A stretch of DNA of 64,000 nucleotides, from positions 21,403,237-21,467,236 of the forward strand of contig NC_092672.1 in assembly GCF_964355755.1 (NCBI RefSeq), read 5' to 3'. The translations under genes were made by a program, and so were the position numbers. Below the pieces are notes generated by a model. The model did not search any database and was not told the origin of the DNA. It saw only the letters and a list, made by a program, of their open reading frames with translations. The DNA comes from Antedon mediterranea (Eukaryota > Animalia > Echinodermata). Below are positions 38,101-47,868 of this stretch, piece after piece; the stretch's first letter is position 1; every line of letters begins with the position of its first letter.

Positions 38101-39360
38101 AAGTAGACATCGGGGAGATTAAGGGGTGAATAGCCTGTGTGACTAATAGGGTTTGGTCCCACCATGTTACAACATGACATGACTTCCATGATCTACAATT
38201 GACCAAGCATTGTTATTTTTACTGTATTTTATCACTTCTTGATATTGATTTTATTTTTAAAGAATATATTTGATTTCTTTGTTATGTAGAAGGATTGAAA
38301 ATAAATAAAAATAAAATAAAAGCCACTACTATTAGTAAAGCATAGACCTGCTTAAAATTCTCAAAATGTATTTTGTTGTAGGTATTAATGAATGAATTGG
38401 GATTTGATGACTCTCTTCATCACACCTTTACGTCAGAATTACATAACTCCACTCGCTAGGCTCTTGTATCCAGACTGTGGTGGAGACTTGTTAGACTCTC
38501 ACAAAGCTTTTGTTGTAAAGTACAAGATTGGAGAAGATTTGGATCTTAACTATCATTATGATAATGCAGAGGTCACTCTTAATATATCACTTACAAGTGA
38601 TTTCACTGAGGGGTCATTGTATTTTGGAGGCATGCGTCATGTAAGTAAAAACAATGCCTGAATATATCCGGTTATAAAAAACAAAGCAACGATTTGTATA
38701 ATTTTGGCACTGAACACCATAATTAAATGGTTTACATTCTATTTTAGGTAATACTTTATGACCAATATGATTTTGTTATTATTTCATTTCATTTATCTTT
38801 TTATTTCGGAATATCATGGTGACATAATATTTTATCCATAGCAAAAGAGAGAAAAAAAAAATCTTAATCTAACAGCTCATAGAACATTATGACCTGAATA
38901 CAATTTTTTAAAGTAAAAATGTATCTATATTGGTGACAATCATATTGTATATATTCTCCCAACCACCCTCAGATGCTTGTTTTCAGTACCTGAACTTTTG
39001 GCTTTTGTATACCTCTGTTGAATCTACAAGTGACATGGTTGTCTTTTATATAGCAACATAGCAGGTTTGTTAATTTTGTGTTGTTTTTAACAGCAACAAG
39101 GAATAGAAGAACCACGGCGTACTGAATATTGCCACAAGCCAACGTATGGTTTAATTCATCGAGGACAACACATGCACGGTGCTCTTCCAATATCAGATGG
39201 TGAACGATACAATCTAATTATTTGGATGCGATCTTCCAAAGTAAGGAATAAATTGTGTCCAATGTGTGATAATAAACCTCAACTTATTAAGACTGTTGGA
39301 TTTGGAGATGGATTCACTCAACCAGAAAATACAACTGTCGATGTTTGTTGTACTTTATAA
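23142..39360 (+). CDS. OGFOD2: 2-oxoglutarate/Fe(II)-dependent oxygenase domain-containing protein 2; 7 exons, +1 frameshift in exon 6
   Basis: Exons 23142-23270, 24798-24854, 25262-25372, 25629-25728, 29361-29485, 38382-38640, 39094-39360. Motifs matching recalled human OGFOD2: CSCYYTHNIF, EVERRKSLGQ, PKGRPNTMNNYG, LLYPDCGG..LDSH.AFVVKY, HYDNAE (HxD), HRGQHMHGA, ERYNL, CPMC, GFGDGF, C-terminal VDVCCTL. Confidence 0.92.
23375..24438 (-). mobile_element. MITE family A, copy 2 (5-bp TSD TAAAC), OGFOD2 intron 1
   Basis: Same TIRs and internal sequence as 5507-6569, inverted. Confidence 0.88.
24940..25162. repeat. 21-bp minisatellite, about 10 copies
   Basis: gtagcagaatacggtaca/cctgt. Confidence 0.92.
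25814..29071. mobile_element. hAT-like non-autonomous element in OGFOD2 intron 4
   Basis: TIRs CAGGGGTGGCGCCAG / CTGGCGCCACCACTG, imperfect 8-bp TSD (ttgtgaaag / ttgtgaag), GC-rich subterminal sequence; internal tandem duplication of about 330 bp at ~28350-29000. Confidence 0.75.
26036..27679. mobile_element. Non-autonomous TIR element, Sola1-like, nested in a hAT-like MITE
   Basis: TIRs GTGACCCGATCT...AGATCGGGTCAC, AAAT TSD. Confidence 0.75.
29361..29485 (+). CDS. OGFOD2: OGFOD2 exon 5 (RIYSFPIFTEEFC...KGRPNTMNNYG)
   Basis: Conserved motif; AG/GTAAGT; phases 1/0. Confidence 0.92.
29602..30106. mobile_element. MITE with ~25-bp TIRs
   Basis: GTAGGAAGGAGGGGTTACCGTGCA ... TGCACGGTAACCCCTCCTTCCTAC; TSD unclear. 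Confidence 0.65.
30116..30473 (-). repeat. 3' LTR (358 bp)
   Basis: Near-identical to 37813-38171. Confidence 0.95.
31284..32606 (-). CDS. pol: pol part 2: reverse transcriptase plus RNase H
   Basis: YLDD, MPFGM, CDAS, TDH, ADALSR; same frame as the integrase, separated by a TGA at 32610-32612. Confidence 0.92.
   Translation of the reverse strand: MFTDIPGRTDMVKHEVRTTTDTPIRQKAYRIPYALEDQVKLQIQHMHDNGIIEPSTSPWAAPIVSVPKPDGSLRICTDYRELNKITIIDPYPMPRIDDIIDKVGNAKFITKLDLTQGYYQIALTDEAKLKSAFITPWGQYQYKVMPFGMANSPGTVQRLMDNILRGTECFARAYLDDIAIFSTDWNSHLLHITEVLDRINAAGLTVKPTKCEIAQETVSYLGHVIGNGLVRPSPDKLSALQNCPRPITKTNIRAFLGLANYYRKFIPDFSQIALPLTEATRKSSPNNVNWSEQMETSFRTLKTKLTDSPVLVSPNFDKQFILQCDASNQAIGAVLTQCDDNEHEHPVAYLSKKLTPCEENYGIMEKECLAILWAIRQFHVYLYGRPFIVQTDHKAIKWLDQMKTTNPRLTRWSLTLQPYSFTVQYKKGSHNTNADALSRI
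32610..34580 (-). CDS. pol: pol part 1: aspartic protease plus integrase
   Basis: Open and in frame with gag after its TGA; LRDTGCSQS protease; HHCC and D..(N)..E integrase core; GPY motif. Confidence 0.88.
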   Translation of the reverse strand, partial: LGLYIKHNCGTSPWLLSGTINNRQAEILRDTGCSQSIVKSTFVKPKDYTSETVTVQGFTGQCITLPVVHVHIDCKAYRGKLKAAVSNDTPKDLLLGNEVMTGNPNDVTWPPSILAITRKQAHDQERQEAINLAAALNVKTSPIPDALPLKPSPRSSRIVKKNDNTTTAHITDHSPLDIKTTPHQLTHQQKEDKTISTIIHDRTVSFDQINSHRVCFYLKDDILFRKWKSIKTSVNLPGLEQIVLPTIYRPTILSLAHDNPTSGHLGVNKTTQRILQSFYWPGIFSDVATYCRTCDICQKTAHANTYSKAPLKPIEIVGQPFSKVEIDILGPLKRSKNRKAYILTICDYATRFPFAVPLSNIEAKTVADALILVFKDFGFPSQILSNQGTNFTSRLMKQLSDLLQIEQMTSTPFHQQTNGLVEKFNGTMKNMIKSLAPEQFDEWDRYVPLFLFAYRDSQHESTGFTPSELVFAHEVKTPLRLLKDSMTNTIDNKQPIAHYISDLQDKLRVVNDIARTNLKQAQAKQKHYYDKKTLPRKFKVGQKVLILLPDDTSKVKSKWQGPYPISKVLSDVNYEILVGNKHKTYHINLLRLYNERPQKQNNDCMYTAPDPDPDDWFPPEPPGPATSQAQSYKDIDIPGYLTPSQKDDLHHIFYSK
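34581..35582 (-). CDS. gag: Retrotransposon gag (SCAN/capsid-like region, CCHC zinc knuckle)
   Basis: CYKCNKPGHISRQC; FER..A...W...L...LTGKAREAY. Confidence 0.9.
   Translation of the reverse strand: MATPRLTRSQTRTTLISTPGLAPNFESPPSPPPPSQSETAMKMRMLELELELQRLRMRQQPPQDTHSPINKIPKITDKDDIDIYLSCFERIAAQCQISPENWTLHLLPKLTGKAREAYNDMPLQNFTYNDLKDAILLKYHLTAETYRKQFRQTPKPLSMSTREWVGKLDRDMTRWLRSAKVNLQDPKEILDFFVLDQAIQKLPFPLASLIKEREPKTSNEFSRIADTLIEIKGKPWMESISKPNTRPSPRISAPPSTAPSFSSYSPASQGPPQPTSSYSPKPLLSIPFDNYSAPSGTYTTRQYTTQNITCYKCNKPGHISRQCPLNNNPAKDQ
35653..37402. mobile_element. Non-autonomous TIR element, Sola1-like, inserted in the gypsy 5' leader
   Basis: TIRs GTGACCTGCTCTGGCA...TGCCAGAGCAGGTCAC (about 35 bp), ATAT TSD (AWWT). 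Confidence 0.75.
37813..38171 (-). repeat. 5' LTR (359 bp)
   Basis: Near-identical to 30116-30473; adjoins the PBS. Confidence 0.95.
38382..38640 (+). CDS. OGFOD2: OGFOD2 exon 6 (HxD Fe-binding motif), frameshifted near 38412-38416
   Basis: 259 nt between phase-0 junctions; VLMNELGFDDS and FITPLRQ are in different frames. Confidence 0.85.
39094..39360 (+). CDS. OGFOD2: OGFOD2 last exon
   Basis: Distal His and Arg motifs; TAA ending at 39360. Confidence 0.92.
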   Translation, partial: QQGIEEPRRTEYCHKPTYGLIHRGQHMHGALPISDGERYNLIIWMRSSKVRNKLCPMCDNKPQLIKTVGFGDGFTQPENTTVDVCCTL

Positions 39361-40114
39361 TGCATAGGTCAACAATTTTACAACTCAAATAATATATTTA
39401 AAAGATTCTTCCAATGGACATGTGTCTTTATGACCTCTCTGCGACCTAACTATGTGATATGTGACATGTAAAGATGTCAAGAATGTTTGAGCCCCATGTT
39501 AAGGCATAAAGATGTAGCAGAGACATGGGTTTGAAACGTTTTTTGTTTGAAAAAGTGTGTCGACTGTGAGGTTTAGGAGGAGATAGAATATGGGAAAACA
39601 TAGTCTCCATTAAAGAGAACTATTATAGTACTGTATATACATTATTATATTATTATAAATATATATTATATAATACAAAAAATAATAAACTTTTATAAAG
39701 CGCTATTTACTGATGTTTTACAGCGCTAAAAGACCAACAAGAATTATTGAAAAGGTGAGATTTTAGAAGTTACTTGATTTACTTAAGAGATTTACATTGA
39801 CGGGTATGGAGTGGAACCTGGTTCCAAACTAGTGGCGCTTATGCAAAAAACTCCTTGAAAATAAGCTTAATTATTGTTTAATAATTATAAAAAGTAATTA
39901 ATATATTGTTGATGGAAAATGTTTTAATAAACAAACGAAAATAAAGAACTGATTGTAAAATAGTTGGAAAAATGTTTTATTAAAACGAAAAAAAGAACTA
40001 ATTGTAACATATTGTTGGAAATGTTTAATAAACAACAAAACAAAGAACTACTTTAGTTGTTGGAAAATGATAGAAAGAACATAAACGGCCATCTCCTGCA
40101 TAGGCCTATTTAGT

Positions 40115-43100
40115 TCATTGTTGGCAAACTGCTTTCAGTGGTTTATTCAATTCTTCGTAATCTGGATTCAATTTGTCTTCCACACGTTTCATCCAGTCAG
40201 CAATTTCAGACTGGTTCTTCAGTAAACTTTTACCAGATGGACAGGCCAACGGTTGAACAACCTGAAAGAATTTTAGAAATACTACTGTATTAATATATAA
40301 GAAATATTTTAATGGGAACAAATGAAATTTGTTCCTACTAATGCATGCACTAATCATGTAACATAAACTCCAAATATTTAGAATTTCATTTTTTTTATCG
40401 ATATATTGTTTCAGTTTGATGAATAAACAACGCTATGACAAAAATGCATCTTATAAAATCAAACAATGTTCCTTCAGAAGGTTGTCCGTTGATGGTTAAT
40501 GAATAAAGAGCGATAGGATGATTTTGACAATGGGAATGTATCGTATAAAATCAACTAGGCCTATAGCTCCCTCAGAAGATTGTCCGTTGATGGTTTATGA
40601 ATAAAGAGCGATAGCACCATTTGGACAATGGGAATGTACGGTATCGTATGAAATGAACTATAGCTCCGTCGGAAGGTTGTCCGTTGATGGTTAATGAATA
40701 AAGAGCGATAGGAAGATTTTGAAAATGGGAATGTATTGTATAAAATCAACTGTAGCCCCCTCAGAAGGTTATCCGTTGATGGTTAATGCATAAAGAGCGA
40801 TAGGATTATTTGGACAATGGGAATGTATCGTATAAAATGAACTATAGCCCCTCAGAAGGTTATCCGTTGATGGTTAATGAATAAAAGAGCGATAGGATGA
40901 TTTGGACAATGGGAATGTATCGTATAAAATCAACTATAGCTCCTTCACAAGGTTGTCCGTTGATGGTTAATGAATAAAGAGCGATAGGATGATTTGGACA
41001 ATTGGAATGTATCGTATAAAATGAACTATAGCTCTGTCGGAATGTTGTTCATTGATGGTTAATGAATAAAGAGCGATAGGATGATTTTGACAATGGGAAT
41101 GTATCGTATAAAATCAACCATAGCTCCGTCGGAAGGTTATCCGTTGATGGTTATTGAATAAAGAGCGATAGGATGATTTGGACAATGGAATGTATCGTAT
41201 AAAATCAACTATAGCTCCGTCGGAAGGTTGTCCGTTGATGGTTAATGAATAAAGAGCGATAGGATGATTTTGACAATGGGAATGTCTCGTATAAATTCAA
41301 CTATAGCTCCTTCACAAGGTTGTCCGTTGATGGTTAATGAATAAAGAGCGATAGGATGATTTGGACAATGGGAATGTATCGTATAAAATCAACCATAGCT
41401 CCGTCGGAAGGTTGTCCGTTGATGGTTAATGAATAAAGAGCGATAGGATGATTTTGAAAATGGAAATGTATCGTATAAAATCAACTATAGCTCCTTCAGA
41501 AGCGTGTCCGTTGATGGTTAATGAATAAAGAGCGATAGGATGATTTGGAAAATGGGAATGTATCGTATAAAATCAACTATAGCTCCTTCAGAAGCGTGTC
41601 CGTTGATGGTTAATGAATAAAGAGCGATAGGATGACTTGGACAATTGGAATGTATCGTATAAAATGAACTATAGCTCTGTCGGAATGTTGTTCATTGATG
41701 GTTAATGAATAAAGAGCGATAGGATGATTTTGACAATGGGAATGTATCGTATAAAATCAACCATAGCTCCGTCGGAAGGTTATCCGTTGATGGTTAATGA
41801 ATAAAGAGCGATAGGGTGATTTGGACAATGGGAATGTATCGTATAAAATCAACCATAGCTCCGTCGGAAGGTTGTCCATTGATGGTTAATGAATAAAGAG
41901 CGATAGGATGATTTGGAAAATGGAAATGTATCGTATAAAATCAACTATAGCTCCTTCAGAAGCGTGTCCGTTGATGGTTAATGAATAAAGAGCGATAGGA
42001 TGATTTGGACAATTGGAATGTATCGTATAAAATGAACTATAGCTCTGTCGGAATGTTGTTCATTGATGGTTAATGAATAAAGAGCGATAGGATGATTTTG
42101 ACAATGGGAATGTATCGTATAAAATCAACCATAGCTCCGTCGGAAGGTTATCCGTTGATGGTTAATGAATAAAGAGCGATAGGATGATTTGGACAATGGG
42201 AATGTATCGTATAAAATCAACTATAGCTCCTTCAGAAGCGTGTCCGTTGATGGTTAATGAATAAAGAGCGATAGGATGATTTGGACAATTGGAATGTATC
42301 GTATAAAATGAACTATAGCTCCGTCGGAAGGTTGTCCATTGATGGTTAATGAATAAAGAGCGATAGGATGATTTGAACAATGGGAATGTATCGTATAAAA
42401 TCAACTATAGCTCCGTCGGAAGGTTGTCCATTAATGAATAAAGAGCGATAGGATGATTTGGACAATGGGAATGTATCGTATAAAATCAACTATAGCTCCG
42501 TCGGAAGGTTGTCCATTGATGGTTAATGAATAGCCTAATGAACGATACTTGATTCAGACAGTGGAATATTTATTTATTTATTTATTTATTTTTCTTTCAG
42601 TAGGGTAGCCCTCTCAGTAATAAAATAAAACTGCTCTTCCGAGGGGCCCTACGGCACATTTAAACAAAATTTGAAAACAACTTTACAACTAAACTTTAAC
42701 TAAAACTAAACTTCAATGCATGTTCTCATTATTATTATAACTTTTATACCATATTTAAATATATTTCACTGCAACCATCCTAGACCACCGGCAACAATAA
42801 ATGAATCTTAACAAGTGATTTAAAACGGTTATAATTGTTTTGTTTTCTTCATTTCTTCTTAATACATTATGTACAACTATGGAGGAAAATGATCAAAATT
42901 TCGAATTAATTATTTTTGTATTGAGGTAACATGCACATTATCTGATTCTGCGCATGCCAAACCAATTATTATATTACCCACAACCTAAATTTCTTTTAAA
43001 TCTAGTGATTACCTCCGAAATAGCAAACAAGTCAGCAACAGATATCTCGTCTCCACACAAGTACCGTTTTCTTTTGAGAAATAACCTATTTATTTTGCCG

Positions 43101-43180
43101 ATGGACTCTTCAGCTTCTTTGACAAACTTGTCGACTGCCTCCTGATGTTTTGGTTTCCCGGTACGTTTTGGGACAAATAT
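40115..43180 (-). CDS. Theta-class glutathione S-transferase, C-terminal two exons (43013-43180, 40115-40261)
   Basis: FLKRKRYLCGDEISVADLFAISE|VVQPLA...IADWMKRVEDKL..YEE matches the GST C-terminal N-capping motif and theta-type tail; phase 0 splice sites. N-terminal exons not recognised in the window. Confidence 0.8.
40470..42532. repeat. ~92-bp satellite, about 22 copies, in the GST last intron
   Basis: gaaggttgtccgttgatggttaatgaataaagagcgatagg...atagctccgtcg. Confidence 0.95.
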
Positions 43181-43330
43181 CTGTATACAAATATAACAGT
43201 GGTCTTATTTTGACTGGTTGTGTAGGTTTTAAGTTGCTCCCGTATATCATTAATCTAGCCGTCGTTTGTGTAACAAGCATTTTTTATAGTTGCATGAGTT
43301 ATGTATGTTTTAAACTTTACTTTTAAATTA

Positions 43331-46260
43331 TTCATTTTCATTTTCATTTTATTGTTCCACATAAAATATGACAAGACAAAGAAAAAAGAATTTAAAAAAC
43401 CTGGTTAGTTATTTGTGTATGTGAGGAGACTCAAGTAAGCCAAAAAGGCTTTAAGGCTGAGTTCCAAAATACATCACATAGTACATGGTAACGTAAAATT
43501 TCTTTCTAAAAAAAGGAACAAAAAAGCCAAACAGATTTGATTGAATATGAATAGAAAGAAAAGTAAGGAATAAATTCACATAGTAACAAACTTATTAACT
43601 ATCTAAAGAATATTGATGGATTAAGTATTGTTTGCATTTTTTTTAAACGAAAGTAAGGTAGGTAATAATTTAATGTTTAAAGTTAAATTATTCCATAAAA
43701 ATGGTCCGTTAAAAATGAAAGAATTTTTTCTGAGGGCTGTAGTGTACTTTTCATAAATAAAATGTTTCCGGGTAGATGACCTGGTCTTATATGAATGAAG
43801 CTGGCTAAACATTGTAAACAACGAGTTAAAATGAGAAGGGGGTTGGTTATTATTAACACGAAACATAAACACAAGAGTTTGCAGTTTGTTAATATCGAAT
43901 ATGTTTAAAGTGTTTAGCTGATGGAATAATTGCCTTGTATGGGATCTTGGGGGTGTTCCAGTGCAAATCCTTAGAGCCTTCTTTTGAAGCTTCAAGAGAC
44001 AGTGAATTTTGGATGTTGATGGAATATTCCAAGGATTAGTCTGCAAAATGTTGTTAGAAATTGAAGCCCAAGCAATATTACAGTAGGTTAAGTATGGTAA
44101 AATGAGAGTGTTGTAAAGCAAAAATAAAATATTGTATGGAAGAATATATTTTAATTTACTTAAAACACCAACATTTTTAGACACTGTTTCATTAGTAATT
44201 GCAATGTGTTTTTGCCAGTTCAATTTTGAATCAATTTGAACCCCAAGAAATTTTAAATTGTTTTTAAAAAAACTTTTTTTATTGTTTTTATTATCGATTA
44301 TAATATCAAAAGGAAAAGTATTATGGTTGTTCTTTAGTGTAAAGTAGATGAAGTTAGTTTGAACCACAAAGAAACTCTATCAAGCTCAGAATTAACAGTA
44401 TTAACAAGAGTGTTTACATTTTTGTGAGAAAAGAAAATATTGCTGTCATCTGCGAATAAAATGAATTGGAGTAAATTTGAGACATTTGGGAGATCATTAA
44501 CATAAATAAGAAAAAGTAAAAGGCCGAGTATAGAGCCTTGAGGTACATCACAGTTAATAGGCAAAATATGAGATTTAGAAGAATTAACATAGGTAAATTG
44601 GTATCTATTTGAAAGGTAAGATTTCAGAAGGTTAAGAGGAAGGCCTCGGACACCATAGTAATATAATTTTGATAATAATATATCATGATCAATAGTGTCA
44701 AAGGCCTTCGACAAATCAAGAAATATACCAATAGTGTGATTGCCAGTTGCAAGAGAGTTTGTTAATTTATCATACATGTGTAGAACAGCAAGGCCGGTCG
44801 AATGTGCTGAACGAAAACCATATTGGTTATCATTCAGAATATTATTTTTGTAAAGAAGGAAGATAGGCGACTATAAATTAACTTTTCAAGAATGTTTGAA
44901 AAGATCGGAAGAAGTGCTATTGGTCTGTAATTTTTAATCACATGTGGATCATCTTTCTTGTAAACTGGTACAATTTTTGAGATTTTTAGAGCATTAGGGA
45001 AATGTCGAAAAATAAAAGAAATATTAAAAATATGGGTCAGAGGCATTGAAATATAGTGTGAAATATGTTTTATAACATCAGGATGAATATCATCGGATCC
45101 TGGGCTTATATTTTTTTAAAGCTCGCTATAATATTAAGGATCTCGATTTCATTGATTGGTTCAAGAAACATTGAGTTTTTGTTAGGATGACTAAGAAATG
45201 ATTGAAAGGTACAGTTAGTTGGGTTAATTGATTGTGAAATTCTAGAGCCAATTTCAACATAAAAATTGTTGAATTCGTTAGTAATATTTTGTGGATCAGT
45301 GATTTTCATGTTGTTGTTTATGATAAAAGACGGAAATCTGCGATTATAATTTTTACCGAGGACCGAATTAATGGTTTCCCATGTTTTCTTGATATCATTG
45401 CCAAAAGTATTAAATTTGTTTCTGAAATAGTTTCTAGATGATACGCGGATTAGATGGGTCAATTTGTTTCTATAAGTTACATATTTGAGTTTGTCTGAGT
45501 TATTGCCAGAATAAACATATTTTTTGTACAGTTTGTTGCGTTTGTTAATTGATTTAATTATACCATCTGTGATCCAAGGTTTATTTTGTTTACAAATGTT
45601 CATTTTTTTCCTACGTAACGGAAAATGTTTATCATATAAAAACATGAGCTTAGTATGAAATAAATTATAAGCTCTGTCTACATCATTAATAGATGTTACT
45701 TCAGTCCAATCAGTAGATGACAATTCTGTTAATAAAGAACTCATAGAGTTATCATTAATTGATCTTTTATATATATACTTAGGTATGTTAGTCGTAAGAG
45801 GTTTATCTTTGGATTAAATGCAAAAAAATTGGAAGATGATCTGTTATATCACAAAATAGGATTCCGGACTTAACACTAGGATTAACGGTGTTTGAGTAAA
45901 TATGATCAATTAGGGTAGATGAGTTATTTGTTATACGAGTAGGTTTATCTATAATGGGAAACATGTTTGCTGAATAAATGTTAGAAAGAAAATCAGATGT
46001 TAGTTTATGATCATCAAATTTTAGTAAGTCAATATTTAGGTCTCCACAGACAAAAACATTTTTATTTACTTTATTTACCTCATCAAAAAATAAGGATAAT
46101 TGTTCATTGAAGTGATTTATACTTTTGTCTGGTGGACGGTAAATAACTTAGAAAATAATGTTCTTTAGCTAGGAATTGATTTCAATACTTATAGCGTCAC
46201 AATCGTTGATAATGAGCTCTGTTAAATTATCTCTATGATGATATCGGATATCAGAGACCT
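43331..46260 (-). mobile_element. Degenerate CR1/L2-group LINE (APE plus RT), upstream of the recognised GST exons (probably intronic)
   Basis: Frameshifted fragments KPWIT, NYRPI, DLSKAFD, PQGSILG, FADD, KFLGV; 3' end AATAAA plus (ATGAAA)n tail. Confidence 0.88.
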
Positions 46261-46812
46261 CTTCTTCTAGATATTTTCTCTAGATCTACAAAAGTCGGAT
46301 ATCTTTTTTGATAGATTTGAAAAACTCTGATATCTGGCTTTTCTAGATCTAAAAACTCGGATATGACTGTAGTTTTTGAGTAACAATATTTCTGAAAAAT
46401 AATAACGTTTAGGACACTGACTTAGGTTTCGCCTTATTCCAGCCCATTTTCCCTTTAACTACACACAATGTGTTGAGATATATTCTCTGAATCATACTTG
46501 GCAATCGTAAACTTGATGATTCTTTACCAAAAATAAACAGCATGTTTACATAGTTTAGCAAATTCAATCATTAGACTTGCCCAAGTCTGTATTTATTGTC
46601 TTTTTATGCTATGTCCAGGCAATCTAACAACAGGATGCCAAAACAAAATACATATGTGCCAAAATATTATCTAAATTATTAAGTTGAACCACAGTTTATA
46701 GCGTAGACTGAATCATCATGATCTACCATCATAACATTTAGTAAGATAAAGAGAAATCGTGTATAATCATAGATCATGATCTATTATGCTATAATAATAA
46801 TCTATTGAAAAC

Positions 46813-47868
46813 ACACCTTTACATAGTTGACATAAACTACACCTTTACATAGTTGGCATAAACTACACCTTTACATAGTTGGCATAAACTACACCTTTAC
46901 ATAGTTGACATAAACTACACCTTTACATAGTTGGCATAAACTACACCTTTACATAGTTGACATAAACTACACCTTTACATAGTTGACATAAACTACACCT
47001 TTACATAGTTGGCATAAACTACACCTTTACATAGTTGGTATAAACTACACCTTTACATAGTTGGTATAAACTACACCTTTACATAGTTGGCATAAACTAC
47101 ACCTTTACATAGTTGACATAAACTACACCTTTACATAGTTGGCATAAACTACACCTTTACATAGTTGGTATAAACTACACCTTTACATAGTTGGTATAAA
47201 CTACACCTTTACATAGTTGGCATAAACTATACCTTTACATAGTTGGTATAAACTACACCTTTACATAGTTGGCATAAACTACACCTTTACATAGTTGGTA
47301 TAAACTACACCTTTACATAGTTGGCATAAACTACACCTTTAGATAGTTGGCATAAACTACACATTTACATAGTTGACATAAACTACACCTTTACATAGTT
47401 GGCATAAACTACACCTTTACATAGTTGGCATAAACTACACCTTTACATAGTTGGTATAAACTACACCTTTACATAGTTGGCATAAACTACACCTTTACAT
47501 ACTTGGCATAAACCACACCTTTACATAGTTGGTATAAACTACACCTTTACATAGTTGGCATAAACTACACCTTTACATAGTTGGCATAAACTACACCTTT
47601 ATATAGTTGGCATAAACTACACCTTTACATAGTTGGCATAAACCACACCTTTACATAGTTGGCATAAACTACACCTTTACATACTTGGCATAAACCACAC
47701 CTTTACATAGTTGGTATAAACTACACCTTTACATAGTTGGTATAAACTAAACCTTTACATAGTTGGCATAAACTACACCTTTACATACTTGGCATAAACC
47801 ACACCTTTACATAGTTGGTATAAACTACACCTTTACATAGTTGGCATAAACTACACCTTTACATAGTT
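46813..47868. repeat. 26-bp minisatellite, about 40 copies
   Basis: acacctttacatagttggcataaact. Confidence 0.95.

Larger units (their letters stand above)
30116..38171 (-). mobile_element. Full-length Gmr1-like Ty3/gypsy LTR retrotransposon in OGFOD2 intron 5
   Basis: LTRs 30116-30473 and 37813-38171 (TG...CA), 5-bp TSD ACATG, PBS TGGTGGCAGCGG (37801-37812, tRNA-Leu type), purine tract next to the 3' LTR; gag, PR, INT, RT, RH. Confidence 0.95.

Noticed and set aside
3469-47868. Regular 26-49-bp repeats as CRISPR arrays
   Set aside because: Units are head-to-tail with no unique spacers, there are no cas genes, and the context is eukaryotic intron.
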